From positions 19,158,001 through 19,222,000 of the forward strand of contig OZ024759.1 in assembly GCA_964016885.1 (NCBI GenBank): a stretch of DNA of 64,000 nucleotides, given 5' to 3'. The notes beneath the pieces were generated by a model that did not search any database, was not told the origin of the DNA, and saw nothing but the letters and a program-made list of their open reading frames with translations. Positions 50,798-64,000 of the stretch are shown here, in pieces. Position numbers and translations under genes: made by a program. The stretch comes from Eledone cirrhosa (lineage: Eukaryota). How positions within the stretch are numbered: position 1 is the stretch's first letter; each line of letters opens with the position of its first letter.

Positions 50798-50871
<74 letters not shown>

Positions 50872-50884
50872 CACACACACACAT

Positions 50885-50942
<58 letters not shown>

Positions 50943-50944
<2 letters not shown>

Positions 50945-51100
50945 CAAAGGAATTGTGGTAAGGAACCAGATGGACCATAACGCACCAGAGTACTCAATAC
51001 TTAGGGTAGTAGAGTGGGAAATAAGAAAAGGTATGACCCCGACGGCAGAGCTCTAGCCGTTTCGGCGGCTATCTGGCGTCGGGGTCATACTTTTTCCTAT
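50943..51100 (-). mobile_element. Family H pLTR fragment with a short foldback
   Basis: Homologous to 32345-32520; gaaaaggtatgaccccgacg / cgtcggggtcatacttttt. Confidence 0.7.
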
Positions 51101-51325
51101 ATATATATTTATATATATATATATATATATACACAGATGCACATACAAACTATTTCTTAGCGTAGTAATCGATGTATGAGGAAAACAGCTTAGTACTGTA
51201 TATATATGTGTAGTAACAGAAGTTAGATGTTATTATGAGGTTTGTAAAAATAACAGTAATTATAATGCTGTTTACGATTTAAGACGTTTCCATGAAATAG
51301 ATATTGATTACACAAGTGGGAAAAA

Positions 51326-51396
<71 letters not shown>

Positions 51397-51399
51397 CTA

Positions 51400-51462
<63 letters not shown>

Positions 51463-51725
51463 GTGTGTGTGTGTATATGTATATGTATATATATATATAT
51501 GTATATATATAAGTATATATATATATTTGTAATATATATATATATGTATATATATATGTATATATATATGTATATATATATATATGTATATATATGTATA
51601 TATATATATATATATGCATATATACGTATATGTATATATATGTATATATATATGTATATGTATATATATGTATATGTATATATATATGTATATATATATG
51701 TATGTATATATATGTATATGTATAT

Positions 51726-51777
<52 letters not shown>

Positions 51778-51784
51778 GTATATT

Positions 51785-51819
<35 letters not shown>

Positions 51820-52034
51820 GTATATATATATGTATATATATATGTATATATATATGTATATATATATGTATATATATCTGTATATATATATATGTATATA
51901 TATCTGTATATATATATATGTATATATGTATATATATATGTATATGTATATATGTATATATATATATATGTATATATGTATATATATATATATGTATATA
52001 TGTATATATATATGTATATATGTATATATATATA

Positions 52035-52474
52035 TGCATCTTGGTTAAGAGAGTGGGACTGGCTTTCTGCAGTGCCTTTGCTCACTATAAAAGCTTCACG
52101 GCACAGGCATTGCTTTATATCTGGATATCTCTCTGCACTTGTCGTCACATGATACCATGGGCCCAGCACTATGTGTCAATAATAGTCACAAGTGTAGTGT
52201 TTGTACCAGAGTTTTCAAGTCGCTGGCTGGACTAAAAAGTCACACTCGTTCAGCGCATCGGTGGGGGTTCTCCTACATGGATATAAAGTAGTGGTCGTAC
52301 TCGAAAACGAGTTGGCAGCCACCACGATGTATTTATATATGTATGTATTTATATATGTATGTATATATATATATATGTATTTATATATATATGTATGTAT
52401 ATATATATATATGCATATATATATGTATGCATATATATATGTATGCATATATATATGTATGCATATATATATGT

Positions 52475-52506
<32 letters not shown>

Positions 52507-52631
52507 GGCACAGGCATTGCTTTATATCTGGAGATCTCTCTACACTTGTCGTCACATGGTACCATGGGCCCAGCACTATGTGTCAATGTATGTATATATA
52601 TGTATGTATGTATATATATATGTATGTATAT

Positions 52632-52686
<55 letters not shown>

Positions 52687-52710
52687 TATGTATGTATATA
52701 TATATGTATG

Positions 52711-52766
<56 letters not shown>

Positions 52767-53512
52767 TGTATGTATATATATATATGTATGTATATATATA
52801 TATATGTATGTATATATATATATGTATGTATATATACATATGTATGTATATATATGTATGTGTATATATATATATGTATGTATATATGTATGTATATATA
52901 TATGTATGGTCACCAGTTGGTGCTACTGGTAACATGTATCCCAGTACAACCTGTCCCATGGTCGGGTCGTTGGCGACTAAACTGGCAACCCCACCAAGGT
53001 TTCTTGGTGAGGAGGGTGACTTTGGACATCCTGCAGGACTAAAAACAAAACCTGTCAAAGGGCAAAGGATCTCTTAAGAGTCAATGGCCATCCAAAATCA
53101 CCGGGAGAGATGACCCCTTAGCCTTTGTCAAGGCAGAATTCTAGGAGAAGGAAAACTCTGATATCACACCTGCAACCCTGATGATATCCAATGATGTTGA
53201 CTTGTTCTTCTTTTTGGTAAATATCATCTTGGTTAAGAGAGTGGGACTGGCTTTGTGTAGTGCCTTTGCTCACTATAAAAGCTTCACGGCACAGGCATTG
53301 CTTTATATCTGGAGATCTCTCTGCACTTGTCGTCACATGGTACCATGGGCCCAGCACTATGTGTCAATAATTGTCACATGTGTAATGTTTGTACCAAGGT
53401 TTTCAAGTCGCTGGCCGGACTGAAAAGTCACACTCGTTCAGCGCATCGGTAGGGGTCCTCCTACATGGATATAAAGTAGTGGCCGTACTCGAAAACGAAT
53501 TGGCAGCCACCA
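52035..53512 (+). mobile_element. Three copies or fragments of a short RTE-derived non-autonomous element in a TA/TATG array
   Basis: 52035-52325, 52506-52588 and 52908-53512 are mutually similar. The 3' part encodes [24 protein letters not shown] (RTE C-terminal C2H2 finger); the longest copy has the RTE 5'-type motif ctaggagaaggaaaactctga. Confidence 0.7.
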
Positions 53513-53584
53513 TATATATATATGTATATATGTATATATGTATGTATATATATATGTATATATATATATATATATGTATGTATA

Positions 53585-54010
53585 TTATCTCTTTCTCTTA
53601 ATTTCGAGTATATTTTTGACCGGCCACCTTCCTGGTGGCAAGGTTGTAAAAGAAAAGAAATTGTCATCCCTTGAATCGGAAAAATGTTTTGCTAATTTTG
53701 AAGGTACCAGCTACCACAGCCATTTGTAGACTATGAATTAGGGAGCTGCGCTCTTTGTCCGCAAATCCAAGTTCAGATATAGACTGGTCCAATCGGGTTG
53801 GTATATAACCCGTAGCTCCAATAATGATGGGTATGAAGCTAAAGGTGTATCTTGGATACTGGATTTGTAAACTCCTCATCAATGGTCCGTAGATGTCCTC
53901 CTTCTCCTGTATTTTTCTGAGATGTTTACCTACAAGTGGGCAGCTGATCTCCACAACAGAACACGTTTTCAATGTTTGTCCCAAACAACAATATCAGGCC
54001 GGTTGTGCGT
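53585..54010 (-). mobile_element. R4/Dong-like RLE non-LTR retrotransposon 3' end
   Basis: HNRPDIVV..VEISCP..EKEDIY..FIPIIIGATG..LQMAVVAGTFKI, followed by a short 3' UTR. Confidence 0.8.
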
Positions 54011-54033
54011 ATGTATAATGTATATATGTACAT

Positions 54034-54215
54034 AATTGTTTCTACTTTAGGCACAAGGCCAGCAATTATCCAGTGCATTACTGGTACTTTATTTTATCGA
54101 CCCCGTAAGGATGAAAGGCAAAGTTAACCTCGGCGGGATTTGAACTCAGACCGAAAAGGGACGTAACTATGCTAGAAAACATGGCGTCCAACCCTCTACC
54201 GATACTGCCAATTCA
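54034..54215 (-). mobile_element. Full-length Meta-like SINE
   Basis: Reverse complement of the 25370-25557-type SINE. Confidence 0.88.
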
Positions 54216-54706
54216 CAGTATGTGATAATGTATATAATGTATATAATGTACATAATGTATATAAGTATGATAGGTAGGCTGCGCTCTAGACACAAGAAAA
54301 ACGCTATGTAAATTCTAATAAATGAGTTGGATTAAAATCTTAGGAAGCGACCTGCTTGTTTTGGTCTCGTATTTGTGTTTGTCTGCGAATGAATTGGCGC
54401 TTGTGTGTCTGCATATTGTTTAAAAAGTTTTCCAGCTGTTCTTAATATAGAACATTTCCATTCATCACATCTTCCTTCGAGCTGAATATACACATTATTA
54501 TGTAGAATGATTTTAGCTTTTATAAGAAGAGACAAGAGAATTTTTGAATAGATGTTAAGTTGTTTCTTGAAAACTGGCACGATATGCTTATAATTGATAT
54601 AATGATGCAATTGCTCTACATTATCTATTGTGTTGTTTCATATGTATGTGTATATATATATATATATATGTATGTGTATGTATATGTATATATGTATGTG
54701 TATATA

Positions 54707-54753
<47 letters not shown>

Positions 54754-54828
54754 TTATGTATATGTATGTGTATATATATATATATGAATGTATATATATA
54801 TATATGTATGTGTATATGTATATATGTA

Positions 54829-54914
<86 letters not shown>

Positions 54915-55290
54915 GTATATATATATATATGTATATATATGTATTTGTATATTTATGCATATGTAAATATATATGTATATATATGTATATATATATGTGT
55001 ATATGTATATGGTATATGTATATATATATATATAGAGAGAGAGAGGGGGGAGCACTCATGTTTGTGTATGCACACACAGGCATACACACACACATATAGA
55101 CATATATATATATATATATATACATGTGTGTGTGTGTGTGTTAATATCTGCATATATTTAATGCATACGTCATCAGGGGAGCGTTTATCTATGATGTAAA
55201 ATATTGTAAGGTGCTCATACAGCATTTTTTTCCTTTATATATGTACGGCTGCAATTATGTGTATATATGTATATATATGCGTACATATTT

Positions 55291-55319
<29 letters not shown>

Positions 55320-55330
<11 letters not shown>

Positions 55331-55619
55331 CATACATTACATATATATATTATTTAAAATACAAGCCAACTAAGCATATTTGCTTCTGTATTCAATATGA
55401 TGGTACCCTATTAATCTCTCGAGCGCCATCTATCATCATATATATAGATATGTATGTGTTTGTATGTATATTATATATATATATATACATACATACAAAC
55501 ACATACATATATATATGATGATAGATGGCGCTCGAGAGATTAATAGGGTACCATCATATTGAATACAGAAGCAAATATGCTTAGTTGGCTTGTATTTTAA
55601 ATAATATATATATGTAATG

Positions 55620-55630
<11 letters not shown>
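55320..55630. repeat. Palindrome of about 310 bp in (TA)n, no HHR seen
   Basis: aaatacaagccaactaagc...gagcgccatctatcatcata is inverted at 55514-55600. Confidence 0.85.
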
Positions 55631-56879
<1,249 letters not shown>

Positions 56880-56880
<1 letters not shown>

Positions 56881-57150
56881 ACAAGGCGAATGGTTACTCC
56901 TTCAATACAGTTATTGGTTGGTGACGCGCGTTTCGCTACTCATCAACTCAAGGTTCGATCTGGCCCGACTCTGAATCAAAAGCTCGTGGGATCTCCGATT
57001 CCAGAGTCGGGCCAGATCAATACAGATGAACCTTGAGCTGATAAGTAGCGAAACGCTCGTCACCAACCAATAAATGTATTGAAGGAGTGACCTAAACATC
57101 GGGTGCTCACCTGGGTGAACCTACAGTAACTTCGTGTTACACTCCTGGAT
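56880..57150. mobile_element. Foldback with two degenerate HHR-like motifs (56918-56951 -, 57033-57066 +), family M
   Basis: (C/T)TGAT(A/G)A-G(tag)C-GAAA-CGCGCG-TC; stem I does not pair well. Confidence 0.55.
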
Positions 57151-57156
57151 ATATAT

Positions 57157-57204
<48 letters not shown>

Positions 57205-57208
<4 letters not shown>

Positions 57209-57362
57209 CGTTCTGAAATTGTTTAGTAAGATTCTTTAACTGAAAACGTTGTGTTGAAACCGATATTGTTATACTTGGCGAGGGGTCACGTTGCCAATAG
57301 GAACACAACTGGTGCGTGTGTTTCTTATTGGCAACATGACCCTCCCAAAGTATAACAATATA
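57205..57362. mobile_element. Short foldback of the family A terminus
   Basis: Matches 9640-9750 and 10210-10263. Confidence 0.85.
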
Positions 57363-57789
57363 TATATATATATATATAATATTATTTATGTGTGTGTATG
57401 TGTATATACATGTATGTATGTCTGAATGTTAAAAATGCGTGCGTCCCAATGCGAATGACCATATTCATAGTGGATAACTGTAAAGGAAATCGTGTAATGT
57501 AACCCATTTTTTTTTGGGGGGGGGGGAGGGGGGGGGGGTATAATTATTTAAAAAAATTATATCACATCTTATATCGATTATCATTCGATCCTAATTGTCT
57601 GAAATTAGTGCTCTAAGAGTTAATGAATGGCACCTGGCCTAATGGTTAGCGTATAGGACTTTCGGTCGTAGGGTTCGCTTCTTGATCGGTCAGCGCTTCG
57701 TGTTCTTGATGAGAATATTTTATTTTACTTTGGAGTCAGTAGGCATCTCTAACAAAATACACCCCCGTCCCACCACCCCCACCCCATCT

Positions 57790-58096
57790 ACACCGCCCCT
57801 TTCAATGTAAAGTTATGTTGGTGCCACAACATCCAGGCCGAAACAAATGAGATCGTGTAGGTGTCACGACAAAAATAAACACACAGTCCACGCTGTAATG
57901 TGGCCGTGTAGGCAACACGGTAAAAACCTCCCAGCCCCACACTGTAAACGTGGTTGGTGTTAGGAAGGGCATCCAACCGTAGAAACCCGCCAGACAGTCC
58001 TATGCGAGCAAGACAACCACTCTTGCCTCGTGGGAAAACTCCCGTCCAAACCCATGCAAGCGTGGAAGATGGACGTTAAACGATGATGATGATGAT
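57790..58096 (+). mobile_element. RTE-related SINE
   Basis: ggtgttaggaagggcatccaaccgtagaaac ... catgcaagcgtggaagatggacgttaaacgatgatgat. Confidence 0.7.
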
Positions 58097-58218
58097 TTGC
58101 AATTATTGCCAGTGAAACACCATATCCTAAAGGTTAAGATGTTTGAAGTACGATAGTAATATCGTCGGATTGATTCCTGTGATGTGTTCTTCTCTTCAGC
58201 AACACACTTTATTTCACG

Positions 58219-58400
58219 TCTCCCTTACCATCCTCCGGGAAAAAAAGCCTTCTCCATTCTGTCCGCCGGGGCTGTGAGGCGGCCAGCACGTGGGACCCCA
58301 TTTGCTCACTATACGGAGAGATGGGGAGGGCGAGAGACACGGGGGCGATGATGGCGGGAGTTCGGCTCCTCTGTGTTCGGACACATTGCATCCGCCAAGA
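58219..58400 (+). mobile_element. 3' tip of the CRE-like family
   Basis: Aligns by eye with 1230-1390. Confidence 0.8.
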
Positions 58401-58434
58401 GTGTATTTTATACTTTTGATATCTGTGTGATCTT

Positions 58435-58612
58435 GATGGATGCGAGAATGAGCAGTCAATAGGAGTAGGAAGCTGTCATTCCCTGACGTTATCTCTAGGG
58501 ATACGGGAATCAGTAGACAGGACCTGGGGGCAGCGATGGCGGACAGGGAATTCTGGGGCATGAGAGTGAGATCCGTCATCTCGACAGTAGTCGACGAATG
58601 ATGATGATGATG
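58435..58612 (+). mobile_element. RTE LINE 3' tip
   Basis: RKLSFPDVISRDTGISRQDLGAAMADREFW..STVVDE* followed by a (tga)n tail. Confidence 0.7.
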
Positions 58613-59579
58613 AGAGGTTAATATTCTTTGTTATGTATAAGTGTCTCGCCTAATGGTCCAGTGAGTACACAGGTGAAACTCCAGAGAAAAACCAATCCTT
58701 TATTTCACGTTGTCACCAGTACACTCAGTTGAGAGTGTGTACCAGTAGTAGCTTGGGGGTTAAACCTGCAATAGACCAGAGTCCTCTCCATGAAGAATTT
58801 TGTAGTCGCAGTCGCTTAACATCAATGAAACCGGGGATAAGCTCTGGCCTGATGAATCTTCGGTTAAGAACAGACTTTAACTTAATATTATATATACACT
58901 GTACATAACTCTGTGATGGACTGGTGTCCTGTCTAGGGAAAGTCTTGTTCTCTCAGTCGCTTAACACCGGGGAAACTGAAGATGAGCACCGGAAGTAACA
59001 GTAATGACGGATGGAGACATTGTTTCCTCGGTCTGGTCTGATGATTGTTTCATTTAAACTATTTCGATATTGAAATGCTGAACACCAAGGAAACCGTGGA
59101 AAATCACTGGCCTATTGAGACTTCGGCTTAGAACAGACTTTAACCAACTAAATATTTTCCAAGAACTACGACCAGCATATCGTATCAGCTGTAAAAAGAC
59201 AAATGGAGACATAGCTTCCTTGATCTTGGTCTGTTGTTTTGATATGGAAATGTTTGGTGCAGCTTTTAATCAAGAAACATCATAAATATTCAGTGCCCAA
59301 CAAGATGGCTTGAAATAGATAATTCAAAATAGAAATATTAAAAATATCTCCGTTTTCAGTCCAATCCATAAATATGACTGGGAAACCTTCTAAAAAGACT
59401 ACAACTTCTCACATATCCTAGAAAAGGCTCTAGAAGTTTCAGTTATTCTCAGGTAGCCGCAAGGGAGAGTTGATTGACTCAACGTTGAATAATGGATCAG
59501 AAGAGAATTTACAATGAATTTTAATCACAATATTTGTGTCGACGATTCCGGCAAACGACATTTTATAGCGACGGACGCA

Positions 59580-60490
59580 ATGGCGATGACAAAGACGATG
59601 ACAATGATGATGGTGACGATAGTTTGTGGTGATAATCATGATGGTGATGGTGGTAGTGGTGGCTGTGGTGAAAACCATGGTAGTGGTGGTGGTTATAATA
59701 ATAGTGACGGTGATGGTGGTGCCACCACCACCATGGTGTGGTGGTGGTATTAGTGATGGTTGTGGTGATTATAATAGTGGTGTGGTGAAGGTATTGATGG
59801 TGATGATGGTGATGGTGGTGATGGTGATAGTGGTGGTGGTGGTGGTGGTGGTGGTGGTGGTAGTGGTGGTATTAGTGATGGTTGTGGTGATTATAATAGT
59901 GGTGTGGTGAAGGTATTGATGGTGATGATGGTGATGATGATGATGATGATGATAGTGGTGCTGATGATGATGGTGGTGATGGTGATAGTGGTGGTGGTGG
60001 TGGTGGTGGTATTAGTGGTGGTTGTGGTGATTATAATAGTGGTGTGGTGAAGGTATTGATGGTGATGATGGTGATGATGATGATGATGATAGTGGTGCTG
60101 TGATGATGAGGTGGTGATGGTGATAGTGGTGGTGGTGGTGGTAGTATTAGTGGTGGTGGTGGCGGTGGTGATAATCATGATGGTGGTGGTAGTGATTATA
60201 ATAGTGGTATTGGTTAGGGTGTTGACGGTGATGATGACGATGATGACGATGATGATGATAATGGTGGTGGTGGTATATGGTAGTGATAATGATGTCGATG
60301 GTAACGATGATGGTGATGATGGTGGTAGATGGTAGTGATAATGATGATGATGATGGTAATGATAATGTGGTTTGCAAAGAGGGGGGATAATGATGATGAT
60401 GATGATGATGATGATGATGTGGTGATGATGGAGGAAGAGGAAAATAGGGATAATCTTGAGGATCATCATCATTTTCATCATCATTATGTG
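59580..60490. repeat. (GAT/GGT)n compound microsatellite with internal duplications
   Basis: Directly visible. Confidence 0.93.
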
Positions 60491-61109
60491 TATGGAAATA
60501 ATTTCAAATTCATATCGCAGAACTTCCTGGGGACAGAGAACTAACCTTATCACCCTAATTTCTCCACTAAAAATGAATTTGGGAAATATAATCAGAACTC
60601 AGTTCTCTTCGCCTTCAGAGTTCCTGCACTTGACCTTTCTGTCACATCTTCTTTACTTTACGTCAGACGTAGAAAGGCGACTGGCTTAATAGCCAGGGGG
60701 TTCGGGCTCTCGGTCGTAAAGTCATGGTTTCAGTTCTTGGCGGCACTTTTTTTTTATTATCCTTGAGTAATATAAAGTTTATTTCACGTTGCTCCAGTTC
60801 ACTCGGTTATAAAGAAAAAAAAATGAATTGTACCTGTAATTGTACCTTCAATGGAAGATGTGAGGCTTAGTGTGTAGACTCATTAAATATATTTTACTTG
60901 TTTATTTCATAAGTAGCCATCAACTGCTTCTCCTCCGACACCACAGTTCTAAACCGCTATGTTTTACTTCTCTACTTCGTCCTGATACTCATTGAAGGCA
61001 CTTGTTCTTGTCATCACTTCAATTTATCGTCGGCATGTTTGCTCTGCTCCTATATCGATATTAACACCTCTTAGTCTCTCTCTCTATCTATCTATCTCTT
61101 TCTCTCTAC

Positions 61110-62177
61110 GTATTCCTCACCGGACAACCGGTGTGGGGCCCCGTTCGTGAGGCGAGCCTTCCCACGACTCGTCTCGCTGACCGAGCTGCAGTCCTGGGTC
61201 AAGCAAAGAGCGAGGAAAATGGGCGACTGGCACGTCGAATGTGCTCAGGCGCTCACAGCCCTCTGGCAGGCGGACCCGGCGATCAGTGGAGACTCCACTT
61301 CGTCATTCTATAGAGGGTTGATTCGCAACAAGTGCGACGACGCGCTTGGTGAAACTCTAGGCGTAGAGGAAGATGAACTGGCCAGTCTGTTCGGTAGGAC
61401 CTTCCGCTTGGGACCGATGGACAACTTCCCAAAGTCCCTGGCCTGGCAGTGCTACCGAGGAGCTCTATCAGTTCGAGCCAAGCTCTACAGACATGGGCGC
61501 CCGGGCAGGGACCCTGCAAAAAAGATCTGTCCGAGGTGCGTGCGAGACGAAGAAACCGTCGCGCACGCATTCATACACTGCCCGGGCGTCACCGACCTGT
61601 GGGGCTATGTAGAACGACTATTGTCGCGGGTGGCACCAATCCGGTTGACCACCGAGTCCATTGTCATGATCAAACCGCCACCCTCCTTCAAAAACGAAGG
61701 AGAGGCGATTTCCTTTGTCTGATAGCTATGGCGAAAGAGGTTGTATGGTGAACAAGGTTGAAAGGGCTGAGGTCAGACAGCTTTCTCTCTGGCCAACAAC
61801 TGATCTTTTTTTCAAATACCACTTTGAAGAAGAATCAGGATGGAGAGTGAGGTGCTGTACCCCAGCAAGTTTTATGAAAAGTGGGTGAAAGTGGCGAGAA
61901 TGGCCCGAGTGAATGGGCCTTCTCTCTATATCAGCCTGTATGTTGAGGAAAAGGAGGAGGAGAGGAAAGGAGTACAAACGTTTCGTACTCCTGGAGATGA
62001 GGGTTGCACATTTTTTCGGGGGTATGTGTTACCCATATGAACTGTCTCCCCCTATTGGGGAAAATCGACTAATTTTTAAATTGCATTTGTGATATTTTAC
62101 ACGTTTTTATTGTATGTAAACTTCCCCCTTTGTATTTGTCCCCTTCTTTTGTGCCCTGTGGCTAATAAAGAAACATA
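61110..62177 (+). mobile_element. Tx1/L1-clade LINE, 5'-truncated, inside (TC)n
   Basis: SLAWQCYRGALSV..CPRC..EETVAHAFIHCP..LW (zf-RVT type); 3' UTR ends ctaataaagaaaca; both flanks are TC/TATC repeats. Confidence 0.88.
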
Positions 62178-62267
<90 letters not shown>

Positions 62268-62323
62268 ATACAATTTACATATCTTATCTTCCTCACCTGT
62301 CTCTTCTTTTTTAATACAGTTTT

Positions 62324-63063
62324 GTATGTGTACGAATCTGTGTTTTCGCTTGGTATCACAGTTTTCTCATTTCGCTGTGGCAGGCCCTGAAATTTGAGAA
62401 GGAACATTCTTTGATACAGTTTTCCCTCGCTATCACTTTACCTGTGATTGTAATGGAGAAGGGTTCAAAACTGATGTTAGGGATTACAGGATGCACGTAC
62501 AAGTTAAAAAAAAAAACTGTCCTCAACAGAACAGCTTATGAAACTTGTAGTTGTTTTTAAGCATGCAACTAATACTATGTACTAAAACACAGACCACCCA
62601 CCATTACTAACACAATATATGCTTGGACAGTGTAGGGCTTACTGCTGTTGGTGACTAACTCTGTCGCTATAGCAATGTGTAAGGGGGTGGCTCGGGAGCC
62701 CAAAACGCCAGACGTTTTCGCCACTATAGGTTTAACAAGACACCAGTCCATTTCATGGGGTTCACTTCTGCAGTTGGCCCACACAACACTGATAGAAGCG
62801 AGTAGGATAGGGGTTTAGGGACCCAAAACGCCAGGAGTCTCCACCGCTATAGTTTTAACGACAAACGGATAGGAAAGCTGCCGATTCTCCATTAGATTTT
62901 GACCTTCACCTTGTCGGGTGACGAAGCCTGGGTCTGTCACCGAACTCCCTAATTTGTTCTTGGAGAAGGTGTCGCTACATGTTCCTTCTCAATTTTCGGG
63001 GCCTGCCACAGCGAAATGAGAAAACTGTGATACCAAAGCGAAAACACAGATTCGTACACATAC
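62324..63063. mobile_element. 84-bp inverted repeats enclosing CRE-like RLE fragments
   Basis: Arms 62324-62407 and 62979-63063; minus-strand PIVAKTSGVLGSRA and IAVETPGVLG repeats at 62640-62975. Confidence 0.7.
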
Positions 63064-63516
63064 ATACGTACATGCACTTACAGTTACATATACATACACA
63101 CAGTTAAACACATATACACACAGTTACACACAGTTACACTCACATACACACAGTCACACACTCACACACACAGAAACACAGACTTTGCTATATTGACTTT
63201 ACTACATACAAGTAATACAATTGCGTTATATCATTATATAATATATAAGATAATATAATATACATATTTATTATTTTTCTCTTGTGGCAGTCATTTCATT
63301 ATTCATTGAAAATAATTAGCTTCCACAACAGCTTGCAGCTGAGTACGATGTTTTACGACTAATTGAAAACGATATACTTTGCTTACATACAAACGTTAAA
63401 AAGAAAAATTGGAAGTTTGTTATAACCAACTCATTAGTATAATTTGTAAATGCATAATGTATTTTAAATATGTATTAATGTACTCTGGTCGTATGAAAAA
63501 ATCTATGGCATCAATC

Positions 63517-63581
<65 letters not shown>

Positions 63582-63584
63582 GTA

Positions 63585-63628
<44 letters not shown>

Positions 63629-64000
63629 ATTTATATATATATATATATTTATATTTATATAGTAATTTATATATATATATATAGAGTAATTTATATATAT
63701 ATATATTATATATATATATATATATATAAATATATATATATAGTAATTTATATATATATATATAGAGTAATTTATATATATATATATTTATATATATATA
63801 TATATATATATATAAATATATATATATAGTAATTTCTATATTTATATATATATATATAGTAATAATAATAAATTTGTGTGTGTGTATGCATGTGTTCAAA
63901 GATAGGTATGTATGTATATACATATACATATGTGTGTGTGTATACATATATTTATGCATATATATGTATATATATATATATATAATATATATATAATATA

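Larger units (their letters stand above)
50343..50800. mobile_element. Family L pLTR palindrome (172-bp arms) with one-sided extension
   Basis: Arms 50343-50514 and 50527-50698. Confidence 0.85.

Overview
Eukaryotic, AT-rich, repeat-dominated DNA. The SINE and LINE families and the very long (TA)n arrays look like a coleoid cephalopod (Octopus-type) intron or intergenic region; this is an inference, not database-checked. No intact host gene is evident, and almost all long ORFs in the track are translations of micro- or minisatellites. Recognisable elements are decayed non-LTR retrotransposons (CRE-like, RTE, R4-like, Tx1/L1, Ingi/Vingi-like), a pogo/Fot1-like DNA transposon with two nested MITEs, a probable non-autonomous Helitron, many tRNA-derived SINEs, four minisatellites, and a Penelope-like element (PLE) fragment encoding a GIY-YIG endonuclease (37195-37896, -). 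The main signal is in the short non-repetitive islands inside the (TA)n arrays. By manual folding I find 22 type-I hammerhead ribozyme (HHR) motifs, about 19 complete and 3 degenerate, from about a dozen sequence families, plus several half-ribozymes. Many sit as divergent pairs in long near-perfect palindromes. One family links by sequence to the 3' end of the GIY-YIG PLE, so these are most likely solo or foldback PLE pseudo-LTRs accumulating in TA microsatellites. Several carry non-canonical catalytic cores (U4A; U3-A8; an extra nucleotide after A9; U.U or C.A stem II closure). Ribozyme activity is not demonstrated, and coordinates were counted by hand.
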